DNA from: the human T2T-CHM13v2.0 reference genome, Homo sapiens
Strand: one strand, 5' to 3'
Length of the DNA: 64,000 nucleotides
NCBI RefSeq assembly: GCF_009914755.1
Contig: NC_060925.1
In this document: one piece after another, positions 63,501 to 64,000 of the stretch
Layout: each line of letters begins with the position of its first letter
How positions within the stretch are numbered: position 1 is the first letter of the stretch
Made by a program: the position numbers and the translations under genes
Notes under the pieces: model-generated
Seen by the model: the letters and a program-made list of their open reading frames with translations, nothing else
Databases searched by the model: none
Told to the model about the DNA's origin: nothing

Positions 63501-64000
63501 GGTGGGAAGGGGCAGCAAGAATAAAGCAACTTGTCACATACAAGGGATCTTTAATTAGATTATACACATATTTCTTAGCAGGCCAGAAGGCAGTGGGTTA
63601 ATATCTTTAACATACTAAAAGAAAAAAAAAACCTGTCAACTGAGAATTTTATATTCAACAAAACTGTCCTTCAAAAATATGAGGAAAATTAAGGAATTCC
63701 CAGATTTAAAAAGCTAAGGAAATTCATTACCACTAGACTTGCCCTGCAATAAATGCTAAAGAGATTCTCTCAGTTTGAAATGAAAGTATACTTGACTATA
63801 ACTCAACAATATGAAGATCTCTGGTAAAGGTAAATACATAAATGAATGCAAAAACCAGTATTACTATAATTTTGGTTTGTAATTCCACTTTTTATTTTCT
63901 AAAGAATTTAGAAGACAAATGCATAAAGTAATCATAAATCTATGTTAATGGGCACATAAAGGTGTAATTTATAGTATCAACAACATAAAGTGGAGTGGCA

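Overview
Primate (almost certainly human) genomic DNA, dense in Alus. The only protein-coding gene is the 5' end of ERO1B (ER oxidoreductase 1 beta) on the minus strand. Coding exon 1 (21956-22057) lies in a CpG island and exon 2 is at 10145-10264; later exons lie off the left edge. The promoter has a perfect ER-stress response element (CCAAT-N9-CCACG), GC boxes and ZNF143-type motifs. The remaining ~41 kb is intergenic. Retrocopies present: a U2 snRNA pseudogene in intron 2, a processed FKBP3 pseudogene, and a U13/SNORD13 pseudogene split by an LTR. The rest is about 55 Alu/FLAM elements, old L1/L2/MIR, MaLR/ERVL/ERV1 solo LTRs and MER DNA transposons. Most notable observations: a 45-bp-stem hairpin in ERO1B intron 1, a candidate 31-nt frameshifting micro-exon with a consensus donor, two different ERV1 LTRs inserted at the same 4-nt site of two neighbouring AluJ elements, and a uORF ending 8 nt before the ERO1B ATG. 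None is demonstrated to be a new system. Repeat subfamily names come from recalled consensus sequences, and repeat boundaries are approximate (about +/-20 nt).
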